A DNA stretch of 64,000 nucleotides from a virus. Lineage: Duplodnaviria; Caudoviricetes. Made by a program: the position numbers and the translations under genes. Position 1 is the first letter of the stretch. Each line of letters starts with the position of its first letter. This document shows, in pieces, positions 9,579 to 19,706 of this stretch. The stretch lies in IMG/VR virus record IMGVR_UViG_3300021387_000796, positions 154,067-218,066 of that record, one strand, 5' to 3'. A model generated the notes under the pieces. That model made no database searches. It had not been told where the DNA came from and worked only from the letters and a program-made list of their open reading frames with translations.

Positions 9579-10241
9579 ATGGACAAAGAAAATGTTGAAA
9601 AAATTGAAGAGTTGTTGGATGACTCACTTGAAACTTTGGCTGATAAAAAGCGATTCGCTAAAACTATGAACACAATCATCAAAGATTGTGCAAAGAAAAA
9701 TAATGTTGACCCAAAGGTAATCAAAGCAGTTAAGAATTACAAGCATTACCGAGGTGTTAATTGGGCAAATAACAACCCTCTCGAAAAGGATAAAGATGTT
9801 AAGGAAAAGGACAAGGTAGCACCTATTTTCATTAAGTTGCTCGAAGTTGTAGAAAATCTTCGTGCAATTGGCGATAAAGAATTCCTTGAGCCTTATCTTA
9901 ACGCTATTGCTGAAAAGGGTATTCGAATTGATATTGATTTTGCCGATACTGATAAGAATGTTGGTGAAATTATGGAAGTGATTGATTCAGCATCCAAATT
10001 GCAGACGAATGTTGATACGCTCGCAGAAGAACTCAAAGAAGAAAAATCAACTACCGCAGAAGAACTCAACTTTACACCAAAGTCTTCATTCTGTAATGTC
10101 CTTGGTATTCTTGAGAAGATTAATGAGGGTAAAAATCAGAATGATAAAATTCAATCTAATTTTACAAATCTCGTAATGCTTAACAATGCGTTTACTTATT
10201 TAAGTAGCAAAAACGAAGAATGTGAGGAAAGCGAAGAATAA
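9579..10241 (+). CDS. Putative dsDNA-binding protein (T4 DsbA/GapR-like, possibly a tandem domain)
   Basis: IIKDCAKKNNVDPKVIKAV resembles the GapR/DsbA helix motif; GGAG RBS. Confidence 0.4.
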   Translation: MDKENVEKIEELLDDSLETLADKKRFAKTMNTIIKDCAKKNNVDPKVIKAVKNYKHYRGVNWANNNPLEKDKDVKEKDKVAPIFIKLLEVVENLRAIGDKEFLEPYLNAIAEKGIRIDIDFADTDKNVGEIMEVIDSASKLQTNVDTLAEELKEEKSTTAEELNFTPKSSFCNVLGILEKINEGKNQNDKIQSNFTNLVMLNNAFTYLSSKNEECEESEE

Positions 10242-10252
10242 CATTCAATAAA

Positions 10253-10278
10253 AAGACCTAGAACTTAATCTAGGTCTT
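10253..10278. terminator. Hairpin terminator between convergent genes (AGACCTAGA family)
   Basis: AAGACCTAGA/TCTAGGTCTT inverted repeat. Confidence 0.7.
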
Positions 10279-10284
10279 AATTGT

Positions 10285-12237
10285 TTATTTCTTTTCTTTT
10301 TCCATTTCTTCTTGTATTCGTTTTGCTTTTTGTGTTTGAATTTCTTCTTTCAAGAAATAAAGCGGTGTGTATTTATAATGAGCCTTTAATCTATAAGTAT
10401 TATTGTAATAATAGCGGTTTCCAATCTGTCCTTCGGTCATACCATGTTCTTTTTTATAACGGAAGTATTCTTCGTTAATTTTATTTTTAGATTCTTCAAT
10501 TTTTTCCATAATCTGTCTGCTTTCAAAGAGATTAGGTTTTTTACCAAACATATTATCTTTTGGTTTTTCATTTTCTTCGTTATTATCTTGATTCTGTTCT
10601 TCTTCAGCACTTCCGTATATTTCATTAATCCATTTATCAATAACATCTTTTTCAACAGGAAGATATTGAGTAAGTACAGATTTAACAATATTTGGTTTAA
10701 GAGAATCGCCCCGTTCCAATCCAGCACAGGTACTAATAGTATCAATGATGTCTTTCGCTAAAGAAAAAATATCACTTATCTGTGAAACTTTATCAGAAGT
10801 GTAATCTTCGACTGGATTTTCTATACTAAGTTCAAACTCTGATTTATCACCGTCAAACTCTTCTGTCAAAAGTAAATGCATACGGAATGTTTCATCAAGT
10901 TCTTCCAAGAAAGCACGTCTTAATGCATCAACTCGTCTTTGGAAAATTTTGTTCAAGTAGTACAGTTTTTCAGCACTATCTCCTCCCAAACCATCTCCTT
11001 CTTCAGGACACAAATAAGTCATAGGTATGCCTGTAGCCATACACATTGAATATTTCTTTTCTTCAAGGTCTCCTAAAGCGTCAAGGTCAATTGAAGGGTC
11101 TAACAAATCATAATCAACAAGACCATCACATGAATAAATCTTACTTCCTACAGAAAGACCATCTTGATTCTGTGTTTGTGGTGTAATTCCTTCAAGGAAG
11201 TTTTTGGCTTCAGATATTCGCATTTGCCTTGTAAAAGGGTCACTATTTTCATCACATTTAATAGAATAATGTTCACGAGGGAACGATTGACTTCTAAGCA
11301 TATCTATTAAAAGTTGTGTTGTCTTGTATGACTTGAATGTTGGGATTGCTGATAAAAACATAGGCTTACCAAACGGGAAGAAATCTTTATCTGTAGTAAA
11401 CAATCTACAATGAGAAATACACCAAGGTGGAACACCTTTAACATTCTTCACATCTTGAGAATCGCCATTTTCTTCTTCTGCCCATAATTTTAATGTATAA
11501 CCAAAAAGATATGATTTATATAACGCACTGATGTCTTCTACATTTTTTTGCGATACAATATCAACAATTTGTTGTAATGATGGATATGTGTTGGCTAAGT
11601 TTAAAGCCATTTGAAACCATTGACGTTTTTCTTCCACCATACCCACATTAAATTCAATTCTGTCTGCAACAAGAAATGGGTCAATTGGTGTAATTGTTGT
11701 TATACCACCTTTACCTTCCATATCAATCCCATTTAACCAAAAAGCATCTCCATACATTACAAGATTTGTAAAAATATCACGAATTACATTTTCAGTAAAT
11801 CCAACATCCTCAAACCATTTGTAAAAATATTTTTCAAGTTTAGAATCTTTTGCTTTAATTTGAACGAGATTTTTTCCATAATCGGATGTATAGGCTTCAC
11901 TCGTATAGATTTTTACGGCAGTTTCAAGAATAGGTTCTGTGGTGCAAGCAGATTTCATATCTTTATATCTAAGAAAACGAAAAGCATTATCCATGTATGG
12001 TGCAGTAGACATATTACTAACCAAATACTGATAAGCACTCTCCATAGCAGAAGGCATATCTATCGGTTTAACTTTTGGTAATTCTTTACCATTCTTATCT
12101 CGAACATGTTCTGTAGGAATAAGATTTCCTTTATCACTTACCCCTACATTAAAAAAATTTAAAAGTTTGTTGGTATTTTGACCATAAAGTTTATTTGATT
12201 TTTTTATGTTAATTAAGTCTACTTTCGAATTTCCCAT
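10285..12237 (-). CDS. Portal protein (T4 gp20-like)
   Basis: RYKDMKSA..EPILETAVKIY, NLVMYGDAF, PFGKPMF, ATGIPMTYL motifs; about 650 aa. Confidence 0.85.
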   Translation of the reverse strand: MGNSKVDLINIKKSNKLYGQNTNKLLNFFNVGVSDKGNLIPTEHVRDKNGKELPKVKPIDMPSAMESAYQYLVSNMSTAPYMDNAFRFLRYKDMKSACTTEPILETAVKIYTSEAYTSDYGKNLVQIKAKDSKLEKYFYKWFEDVGFTENVIRDIFTNLVMYGDAFWLNGIDMEGKGGITTITPIDPFLVADRIEFNVGMVEEKRQWFQMALNLANTYPSLQQIVDIVSQKNVEDISALYKSYLFGYTLKLWAEEENGDSQDVKNVKGVPPWCISHCRLFTTDKDFFPFGKPMFLSAIPTFKSYKTTQLLIDMLRSQSFPREHYSIKCDENSDPFTRQMRISEAKNFLEGITPQTQNQDGLSVGSKIYSCDGLVDYDLLDPSIDLDALGDLEEKKYSMCMATGIPMTYLCPEEGDGLGGDSAEKLYYLNKIFQRRVDALRRAFLEELDETFRMHLLLTEEFDGDKSEFELSIENPVEDYTSDKVSQISDIFSLAKDIIDTISTCAGLERGDSLKPNIVKSVLTQYLPVEKDVIDKWINEIYGSAEEEQNQDNNEENEKPKDNMFGKKPNLFESRQIMEKIEESKNKINEEYFRYKKEHGMTEGQIGNRYYYNNTYRLKAHYKYTPLYFLKEEIQTQKAKRIQEEMEKEKK

Positions 12238-12369
12238 TTTACAAATTTCTCCTATCAATCATATTTTTAGATAGTTATAAAAACTTAACTATTTATTTAA
12301 TACGGAAAAGGAAGAATCGCCAAATTCTTCCTAATCCTAAACATAATTCACAATAAAGGAGTGTAAATT

Positions 12370-13221
12370 ATGCCTAGAGAAAAGTTTACAGAAAATTTAA
12401 TTTATTTGCAATTCTTTAGTTTTGAAGTTTTGGATTACTTCGATTCAATTTGTACAGATGAAAATTATGAATGGATTGAAAAATACTTTGATGTTTTAAT
12501 GAAAGAAGAAAATAAAACTGCTGAAAAGTTTAACGAACATCATGTAAGACCTGCATTTACATTTAGGGATAAACATCATAAAAATAGAAAAGAAACAAAA
12601 TTATTGGCAAACGAAGTGAGTGGTAATATAATCAAATTGTCTATACAAAATCATATCAAAGCACATAATTATTTAAGATTCATATTCAAAAATACAATTT
12701 ATGAAGGATATGCTAGAAGTGCGATATATATTATATGTAAAAAAAGAAATGTTGAAAATTTTACAGAAAGTGAAATAGAAGAAATTGCTAAAATAATTGA
12801 AGATTGCACTAAAGAAAATAAAACTAAAGAAGAAAGAAAACAATATGATAAACAATGGTATCTTAAAAATAGAGATAAAGTATTAGAACAATGTAAAGTA
12901 TACACTGAAGCAAATAAAGAAAAACGAAGTGCTGAATATAAAAAATGGTATAGAGAAAATAAAGAACGACACAAAGAGTGGCAAAAAGAATGGGATGAAA
13001 ATCACAAAGAAGAACGAAAAGAATATCAACGTGAATGGCGAAAAAATAATGCAGATGAACGCAGAAAAAACGAGAATGAAAAAAATGCTAGAATATGCAT
13101 AGACCCTACAGATGGAACTAAATGTTTATATGGTACATTGCGAAGTAGAAAAGTGAGAAATAAAGAAAAATATAAAGATGTTATACCTTCTCAATGTATA
13201 ATCAAAGAAGACCAACGATAA
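12370..13221 (+). CDS. Free-standing HNH homing-endonuclease-like protein
   Basis: EHHVRP..NIIKLSIQNHIKAH; C-terminal charged KxWYxxNxE repeats. Confidence 0.7.
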   Translation: MPREKFTENLIYLQFFSFEVLDYFDSICTDENYEWIEKYFDVLMKEENKTAEKFNEHHVRPAFTFRDKHHKNRKETKLLANEVSGNIIKLSIQNHIKAHNYLRFIFKNTIYEGYARSAIYIICKKRNVENFTESEIEEIAKIIEDCTKENKTKEERKQYDKQWYLKNRDKVLEQCKVYTEANKEKRSAEYKKWYRENKERHKEWQKEWDENHKEERKEYQREWRKNNADERRKNENEKNARICIDPTDGTKCLYGTLRSRKVRNKEKYKDVIPSQCIIKEDQR

Positions 13222-13226
13222 AACAT

Positions 13227-13251
13227 AAACCCTAGAACTTTTCTAGGGTTT
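13227..13251. terminator. Bidirectional hairpin terminator
   Basis: AAACCCTAGAA/TTCTAGGGTTT between convergent genes. Confidence 0.75.
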
Positions 13252-13265
13252 TATTATAACTCACT

Positions 13266-14603
13266 TTAATCAATCAACCCTTGGTCTTTCATATTTTTCT
13301 TAATCGACATAGCCATCAAATTTTCAAAAAACCCTAAATTTCTACACAATCCTGAAAGGTGTTTACATACTAAAGCACCTGCTCGGTATTTATCCCATTT
13401 TTTTGGATAAATGTTGTTCGGAATTAAACTAGCATCTTCTTGAGTAGCGAAGTATGAAATCCCGCTCCAGACGAAAGAAACGCAATTGCATGAATATTTT
13501 ACATCTTCACTTAAATCCAAAATTGCACTTAATGTATTTTTATCAAACTCATTCTTTTCTATAACTCCTAATTCTTCGATTAAATCCCAAAAATCATTTA
13601 TACGAAGACACATCATATACTCTCCGCTATTGTTTGTTTTCATAGCACTAGCATTTACTATGTCAGCGATTGGTGCGTCTATCAATTCTTTATACACATG
13701 GTCTACATCTTCATAAGGAGTAACTACTGTTTGAAACAAAAAGTCGGCTGAACCATCATCATTTAATTGTGATGTTATGAACTTTATGTTTCTGTTTGGT
13801 GTACCAACTAAATCTTTTCTTATATTATAAAATTTATTTACATGAGCATTTTTAGAATATACATCTCTTGAACGAATTTGTTGTAAAGACAACTTCTCTT
13901 CAATCTTTCCTTCTCCCTTATACAACCCCTCAACTTTATTCATAAAATCATTCAACACTTTCTTCTGCTCACCATTCAACTCTATTGTCTGAATGATATC
14001 ATCTTTAACACCTTTTACATCATCCAATTCATAAATTGGTTTTGTACCATCCTTCAAGTTTTTCTTCAAATCTTTCAAAACTTCCAAGTCGGTCAGAACA
14101 AAATCCTCGTCAGTGTGAGTATAAACAAAATCTATAACATCTTGTATGGTCATGTCTTTGCTCTCCGTCAATGAATCTCTATTTGTATCTTGAATATCTC
14201 GCATAGTATGAAACGAAATTATGTTTTTATTAATAGGATTCCATTTAATGTATAATAATTTTTCTCTTGATTTAAAACTTTCCCAATTTCCAACAGTAGC
14301 GTTTGGAAAATATAAAATATATAAAAGATTATCTTCTCTATCTCTGTCAACAAGAATATCTGCATATTTTGCTAAGTTCAATGTATATAAACTTTCATCC
14401 AATAAATTAAATATGTCGAACCTTGTTATATGAAACTTGTTCATAAAATCAGAAGTTTGGTCTTTCTTTCCTTTACTTCTTTCCACTATTTTATAATCAT
14501 CAAAATTTTGATACAAGTCTATTATTGCGTTTTTTAACAGACTTTTTTGTTCAGCGGAATTTTTATCTTTAAATTTTACTTCAAACGTTTCATAAAGTTG
14601 CAT
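13266..14603 (-). CDS. Multidomain protein: possible MqsR/RelE-like N-terminal domain plus C-terminal SWIM zinc finger
   Basis: YSCNCVSF...VCKHL SWIM motif; N-domain ends LLYIKW..IISFH. Confidence 0.55.
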   Translation of the reverse strand: MQLYETFEVKFKDKNSAEQKSLLKNAIIDLYQNFDDYKIVERSKGKKDQTSDFMNKFHITRFDIFNLLDESLYTLNLAKYADILVDRDREDNLLYILYFPNATVGNWESFKSREKLLYIKWNPINKNIISFHTMRDIQDTNRDSLTESKDMTIQDVIDFVYTHTDEDFVLTDLEVLKDLKKNLKDGTKPIYELDDVKGVKDDIIQTIELNGEQKKVLNDFMNKVEGLYKGEGKIEEKLSLQQIRSRDVYSKNAHVNKFYNIRKDLVGTPNRNIKFITSQLNDDGSADFLFQTVVTPYEDVDHVYKELIDAPIADIVNASAMKTNNSGEYMMCLRINDFWDLIEELGVIEKNEFDKNTLSAILDLSEDVKYSCNCVSFVWSGISYFATQEDASLIPNNIYPKKWDKYRAGALVCKHLSGLCRNLGFFENLMAMSIKKNMKDQGLID

Positions 14604-14614
14604 GAAATAAATAG

Positions 14615-14932
14615 TTATTTTGCAAACAAATCTTCTTTTTTGAGCAAATCACCCAAAGTATATCCTTCTTCATAATCCATACTTAAATCATTCATATTCA
14701 CAAAAGTCAATCCCTTTGCTTTCTTTGGATATAATCTGAAATAATCTTCCTTGCCAAAATCAACATCATTTGTCTTTGTATAAAAGAGTGAATAAAACAA
14801 ATACTGTGGAAGTGAGAGCATGTCAACTATAGCAACAATTTCACCGTTTTTGTTCACAAAACATTCTTGAGATTCATCACGGTAATCCAAAAAATCAAAG
14901 TATCTTCGTCTGATTGTCTTAAAAATATTCAT
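14615..14932 (-). CDS. Hypothetical protein
   Basis: GAGG RBS, TTGACA promoter upstream. Confidence 0.7.
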   Translation of the reverse strand: MNIFKTIRRRYFDFLDYRDESQECFVNKNGEIVAIVDMLSLPQYLFYSLFYTKTNDVDFGKEDYFRLYPKKAKGLTFVNMNDLSMDYEEGYTLGDLLKKEDLFAK

Positions 14933-15037
14933 ATATTTACCTCATTAATAAATATACACCAAAATACATTTATTGTCAAGTAAAATTATTACAATTTATA
15001 TGATTATTTCATTTTCATTTAATAACTATTTATCATT

Positions 15038-15445
15038 ATGGAAACATTTGCAAATAATAACAACAACCATGTAATTTTCTATGATTATCCGTTCTATAAA
15101 AAAGTCAATAAGAACGGTTCTATTGCAGACATGACAAATTCAGATGCATTGGCACAAGCCGTAAAAATATGGTTAGTTTCAAAAAGAAACGAAAAAATTC
15201 GTTCAGTGGGTGGAGGTATCATGTATCAATATCTCGGTAAAATGATGGACGAAAATCGTGCAACTGATATAAGAAATCGTATAATTCAAGGATTAAGTGA
15301 AGAATTTGAACCCCCATTGACACCTGTTCAAGTAGATGTAATTCCTAATTATGAAAAAGAACGTTGGGAAATAGGAATTGTCGCATATAACGCTGATTTG
15401 GCAGTCGGTGTGAATACCAAAGTAGTCATAATAAATTCCATTTAA
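15038..15445 (+). CDS. Baseplate wedge protein gp25-like
   Basis: DALAQAVKIWL..NEKI..GGGI..EEFEP pattern; 135 aa. Confidence 0.75.
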   Translation: METFANNNNNHVIFYDYPFYKKVNKNGSIADMTNSDALAQAVKIWLVSKRNEKIRSVGGGIMYQYLGKMMDENRATDIRNRIIQGLSEEFEPPLTPVQVDVIPNYEKERWEIGIVAYNADLAVGVNTKVVIINSI

Positions 15446-15523
15446 AAATTTTCAAAAATGTATTGCTTTTATTTTCAATCTTAATTATTCTTACGGTAAA
15501 AGAAATTATATGAGGAGAATAAT

Positions 15524-16621
15524 ATGCAAATTTCTACAAAACCTTTTTCTGAAAATCTAAAATCCATTGCAAATGTGATTGCAGATTTTGTTTACATTGA
15601 TTGTACAGATGAATCAAATTATGCTTTTTATGTGTCCACCGATACACAAGCGATGAAGATTCCTCTTGAAATCACAAACGTAACAGATGACGAAAAACAG
15701 ATTTATGTTATTAACAAAATCGAGTTTACTCATCTTGTATCTTATGCAAAAGAATTTATCACTCTTAATGCTGATTACAGTTATACTGCAAATAATGGTC
15801 AGATTAAAGGTAAATTTGAAAAGAACGAAGGATATGCCGAAGAACTTGAATCAAGAAAGGTTCTTTTCGATAACGAAGATGAATACGAAGAGTTTATGGA
15901 AGTAACTCCTTCGATTATGAATGCTATTACTAGCGGTGGTATTTTTGTAGCACCTGATTCTATTAAACCTTCCGAAAGATTCCTTGATATTCAGCATTCA
16001 AAAGTTTTCTCTTATTCTAATTATAAGATTTATATGGATGACATAGATATGACTGAAGATAAAGAAGGACTTCTTTCCAATGAAGTTTTGAAATCAATTC
16101 AGTCTTTGGGAATCGGTGCAATCGTAAAAAGTAATCATGATTCATACCTTTGTACAAATGCTCAGAGAAGTATTTTTGAATATTTCTCTACTCCAAATGA
16201 TGTTGATTTTCACCCTCTATTTTCAGAAAAATTTCAGAAAAAACTCGAAGAATCAAAATCATTCAACAAAATTTCATTTAATATTGAAGAACTTCGTGCA
16301 AAACTTGATTATCTTTCATTCTATGCAAACAAAAATCCTAACAAAATGTGTTACTTGAATATTAAGAATGATGGGAAATTCTTTATTTCTACTGATGAAA
16401 ATACATTTGTTGAAGTATCAGCCGAAGTCACAAAGACGGAAGAATTCGATGAAATGTCAGTACCTATTGATTGTTCTGCAATGCAGTTGATTCTTTCAAA
16501 AGTTGGTAAAGATGCTGAAATTTGGAATATGTACATTTCAAACGACCCTTACAATAAACTCATAATTACAACTTTTGGCGATTCAAACGAAACTGTAATT
16601 CTTGCCAAATTGAATAAATAA
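15524..16621 (+). CDS. Putative sliding clamp (DNA Pol III beta-like)
   Basis: 365 aa acidic protein, matching DnaN size; STDT motif; DnaX-like loader in the same window; weak sequence evidence. Confidence 0.5.
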   Translation: MQISTKPFSENLKSIANVIADFVYIDCTDESNYAFYVSTDTQAMKIPLEITNVTDDEKQIYVINKIEFTHLVSYAKEFITLNADYSYTANNGQIKGKFEKNEGYAEELESRKVLFDNEDEYEEFMEVTPSIMNAITSGGIFVAPDSIKPSERFLDIQHSKVFSYSNYKIYMDDIDMTEDKEGLLSNEVLKSIQSLGIGAIVKSNHDSYLCTNAQRSIFEYFSTPNDVDFHPLFSEKFQKKLEESKSFNKISFNIEELRAKLDYLSFYANKNPNKMCYLNIKNDGKFFISTDENTFVEVSAEVTKTEEFDEMSVPIDCSAMQLILSKVGKDAEIWNMYISNDPYNKLIITTFGDSNETVILAKLNK

Positions 16622-16640
16622 AATATCATAATAAAATTAA

Positions 16641-16669
16641 ACCCACTCTTTTGAGTGGGTCTTTTTTTT
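16641..16669 (+). terminator. Intrinsic terminator
   Basis: ACCCACTC/GAGTGGGT plus T-run. Confidence 0.75.
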
Positions 16670-16871
16670 AATTTGTTCCGTGTGCATACAAACGACTGTA
16701 ATAATCTTCATGTGAATGATTATCTATTTTATAATTTCTATGCAACCAATCAAAATTTTTTCCATAATAATTTTTCCAAGTTCCATCATCGTTTTCCACC
16801 ATAATTGGACAACCATGAAAATACGACCATTCTATAAATCTTCTTGTAAATGCGTCAGGTTTTTTACTCAT
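16668..16871 (-). CDS. Hypothetical protein
   Basis: AGGAGG RBS, 67 aa. Confidence 0.7.
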   Translation of the reverse strand: MSKKPDAFTRRFIEWSYFHGCPIMVENDDGTWKNYYGKNFDWLHRNYKIDNHSHEDYYSRLYAHGTN

Positions 16872-16890
16872 TCTTTTTCCTCCTTTTATT

Positions 16891-17871
16891 TTATGCTCTT
16901 TCTACTGTTTCACCTTCCAACATGCTCAATAAATCAGAACCCTTGTTTTCATTTTTCACTCGTTTATCAAAACGACCAACAATGTTTAGAGTGTTGTAGA
17001 TGATTAAAAGTTTATTTGGTTTATAAGCACATTCTACTTTCCAATTCTCAAGGTCGAAGTTATCAATATCAAGATTCGATACCAACTGCCAATTCATCAT
17101 CATTCTTTCTGCACAATTCTTAATTTTAATTCTCCAACCTGCATCTAAATAAGTAATTTTATTATTTAAAGCGTCTGAAATAAAACGAGAAACATCAGTA
17201 TAACGATTAATACAATCCAAAAAATATTGTTTAGGATAATTTGATAAAGTTGGAAGAATACAATCCGATTGGTCACCATATAATGTTTTCCAAAAACATA
17301 CATTTGAATATGTAGGTTTAAATCCAAACTTTTCTTCAAATGATTTTACAGTAAGAATTTCATTGTTTCTAGTATATTGATTAACCGTTACATCTCTTTC
17401 GACATCATTCAAAAGACAACGACTCCAATCCATATCTGTAGAAAACATAAGAACTTTATCATGTTCGTTGATATAATTGTCAATTAGCGGGGCAACAAAA
17501 TCATCTGCTTCGATATTTTGAACACGATATATTACTGAATTGTCTCTGTAATATTTTGCAATCAGTTCTATCATGTTAATTCCTGTATAGAACCAATCGG
17601 GTTGAATCTCTCTGTTTTTCTTGTATTCTTTATCCAATAACTTGCGGTTTTTTAATATAGATGTTTTAGCATTATCAAATAAATACCACACTCTACAATT
17701 TTCAACACTTCCGTATTTTTTAATGTATCCGTCAGTAAGTTCAAAAAATTTGCATATAGCATTTATAGGTACTTTTTTATCACCAACATCAACGAGAGAT
17801 TCATTTTTAGTCGCTACTCGATACCATAAGTTGTATACATCAAAGAAAATATTATTATAAATAATACTCAT
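16891..17871 (-). CDS. 5'-3' exonuclease / flap endonuclease (T4 RNase H-like)
   Basis: FFDVYN, LFD, YKKNR, IEADD, STDMD, LYGDQSD motifs. Confidence 0.9.
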   Translation of the reverse strand: MSIIYNNIFFDVYNLWYRVATKNESLVDVGDKKVPINAICKFFELTDGYIKKYGSVENCRVWYLFDNAKTSILKNRKLLDKEYKKNREIQPDWFYTGINMIELIAKYYRDNSVIYRVQNIEADDFVAPLIDNYINEHDKVLMFSTDMDWSRCLLNDVERDVTVNQYTRNNEILTVKSFEEKFGFKPTYSNVCFWKTLYGDQSDCILPTLSNYPKQYFLDCINRYTDVSRFISDALNNKITYLDAGWRIKIKNCAERMMMNWQLVSNLDIDNFDLENWKVECAYKPNKLLIIYNTLNIVGRFDKRVKNENKGSDLLSMLEGETVERA

Positions 17872-18018
17872 TTCATTCCTCCATATTTTTCATCCATATT
17901 CATTTTAATTATTTTATTTATTCAACACAAGTATCAATTTTCTTCCATTTTCACTTTTTAAAAGTGCTAGATATAAATAAACCATTTCCTTGCTTTCAAA
18001 CCAATTAATCTTCATATA

Positions 18019-18564
18019 CTACCTCTCCGCAAAATTAAGTTTGTATAAAAGATTAAGATGAGTTATAGCATCCGAATCTCGTCCGTTATATTTAAGGTCT
18101 TCAAGCAATGCGATTAATGGGATTTTACATTTAAACTTGTACATACAGTCATCATCAATTGAAAGCAAATCCAATTCATTATATGAATCATGAACACGCA
18201 TTATTTTGTAAACTTTTTTATATACAATCTGTGTAGTATTTAATGCTTCTTCCAAAGATTTGCCTTGATTTAATATCTTTCTTACTTCATCAGCATTAGG
18301 CACTTGTGTTGTTTTTTCATAAATAATCGGATAATGTTTTTCCAACTTTTTCTTTAAATCACTAATTATCTTTTTCTTGTCTTTTTTTACATCAACAGTA
18401 ATTTCTATATCCTCTTCGCCATAATGAACATAAATTTTTCCCAAATCCCTAACCACTTGAATTGTGGGTTTTAACGGACATTTACTGCAAAAATTAGATA
18501 AACTTTTAACCAAACCTTCGAGATACGAGTTGTAATTTGTATACTCTACATTTTTAATATTCAT
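18019..18564 (-). CDS. Hypothetical protein
   Basis: GGAGG RBS, TAACTATTT upstream. Confidence 0.75.
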   Translation of the reverse strand: MNIKNVEYTNYNSYLEGLVKSLSNFCSKCPLKPTIQVVRDLGKIYVHYGEEDIEITVDVKKDKKKIISDLKKKLEKHYPIIYEKTTQVPNADEVRKILNQGKSLEEALNTTQIVYKKVYKIMRVHDSYNELDLLSIDDDCMYKFKCKIPLIALLEDLKYNGRDSDAITHLNLLYKLNFAER

Positions 18565-18665
18565 TTTATTCCTCCATATAATTTATCATATATTACAAAT
18601 AGTTATAAAAATTTATTGATTAAAAAATCGTAATTTGTTAAAATCTAATCATATGGAGGAATTAT

Positions 18666-19262
18666 ATGGTTGATTTTAGTTTTCTTGAAGATGATTCGGA
18701 AAAAATCGAATTTATAAATGGTATCGGTAATTTAATTCAAAATGGAGAAATCAGTGCTGAATCCTTAAACGAATGCCTTGCAAATTACTTCTCAATTACA
18801 AGATATATTCTTACTTTATATGAATCTGTTTCTTTAGAAGATGACATGCTCAAACTTGAATACAAAACATGGTATGCTGAAAAATTTTTAGAAAGCAAAA
18901 CTAATTTAAATAAAGATATTACTGCTAAAACAAAAATGGCTTCTACAACCGAAATTGAACAGAATTTAATTGTTACTAATAAATCGGAATATGTGAATTG
19001 GCAACAAAGACTTATCATTTCAGAAAAAAGAAAATCGTTTTATCTTCGAATATTGGAAAGTTGGAAGGCTAATAGTCAGCAGATTATTCAATTAGCACAA
19101 AACGCAAGAACCGAGATTTTCTCTCTCAAAACACAAGATAAAGCGAATGAAGACATTACGAAAGAAAAATTAATTCGTCATGTAAAAGACGAAGATTATT
19201 CAGATGATAAATTGGAAAATGTTACACCTACAGTAAAAAAAGTAAAGAAAATTGTGAATTAA
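18666..19262 (+). CDS. UvsY-like recombination mediator protein
   Basis: Helical protein with an EIE...EY..W...FYLRILESW pattern reminiscent of T4 UvsY; GGAGG RBS. Confidence 0.5.
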   Translation: MVDFSFLEDDSEKIEFINGIGNLIQNGEISAESLNECLANYFSITRYILTLYESVSLEDDMLKLEYKTWYAEKFLESKTNLNKDITAKTKMASTTEIEQNLIVTNKSEYVNWQQRLIISEKRKSFYLRILESWKANSQQIIQLAQNARTEIFSLKTQDKANEDITKEKLIRHVKDEDYSDDKLENVTPTVKKVKKIVN

Positions 19263-19393
19263 AAAAAATAAGCGACTACAATAATATTTATAATTACACC
19301 TTAAAGGGTGTAATTTGTACAATTTTTAATATATTTATACCCTAAAGGGTGTTATTAAAATAATTCGAAAAATTCAATATAATATTTAAATAA

Positions 19394-19421
19394 AAAGACC
19401 TAGAAATCAATCTAGGTCTTT
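19394..19421. terminator. Hairpin terminator (AGACCTAGA family)
   Basis: AAAGACCTAGA/TCTAGGTCTTT. Confidence 0.75.
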
Positions 19422-19440
19422 CTCTCCGATGTTTAAGAAA

Positions 19441-19692
19441 TTAGAACATCGCTACGATTGCTTTTTCTGATACAAAGAATTCATCTTCTGTATCACCATA
19501 AGGAATCATCTCATAACGATTGATAATTACTTTCTTTCCTACTTCAAAATTCTTATTTTTACATTCTGTAGAAAATGCAAGAATCGTTCCTTCCTTTGGT
19601 TTATCCTTATTTTCTCCAAAATAAACACCTTCTGTTTTTTTATCCTCTACTTTAACGAGAACATATTCATTCATTGGTACAACTTTATCCAT
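19441..19692 (-). CDS. groES: Co-chaperonin GroES
   Basis: VVPMNEYVLVK..KTEGVY..VGKKVI..SEKAIVA; adjacent to groEL. Confidence 0.85.
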   Translation of the reverse strand: MDKVVPMNEYVLVKVEDKKTEGVYFGENKDKPKEGTILAFSTECKNKNFEVGKKVIINRYEMIPYGDTEDEFFVSEKAIVAMF

Positions 19693-19706
19693 ATTATATC
19701 TCCTAT

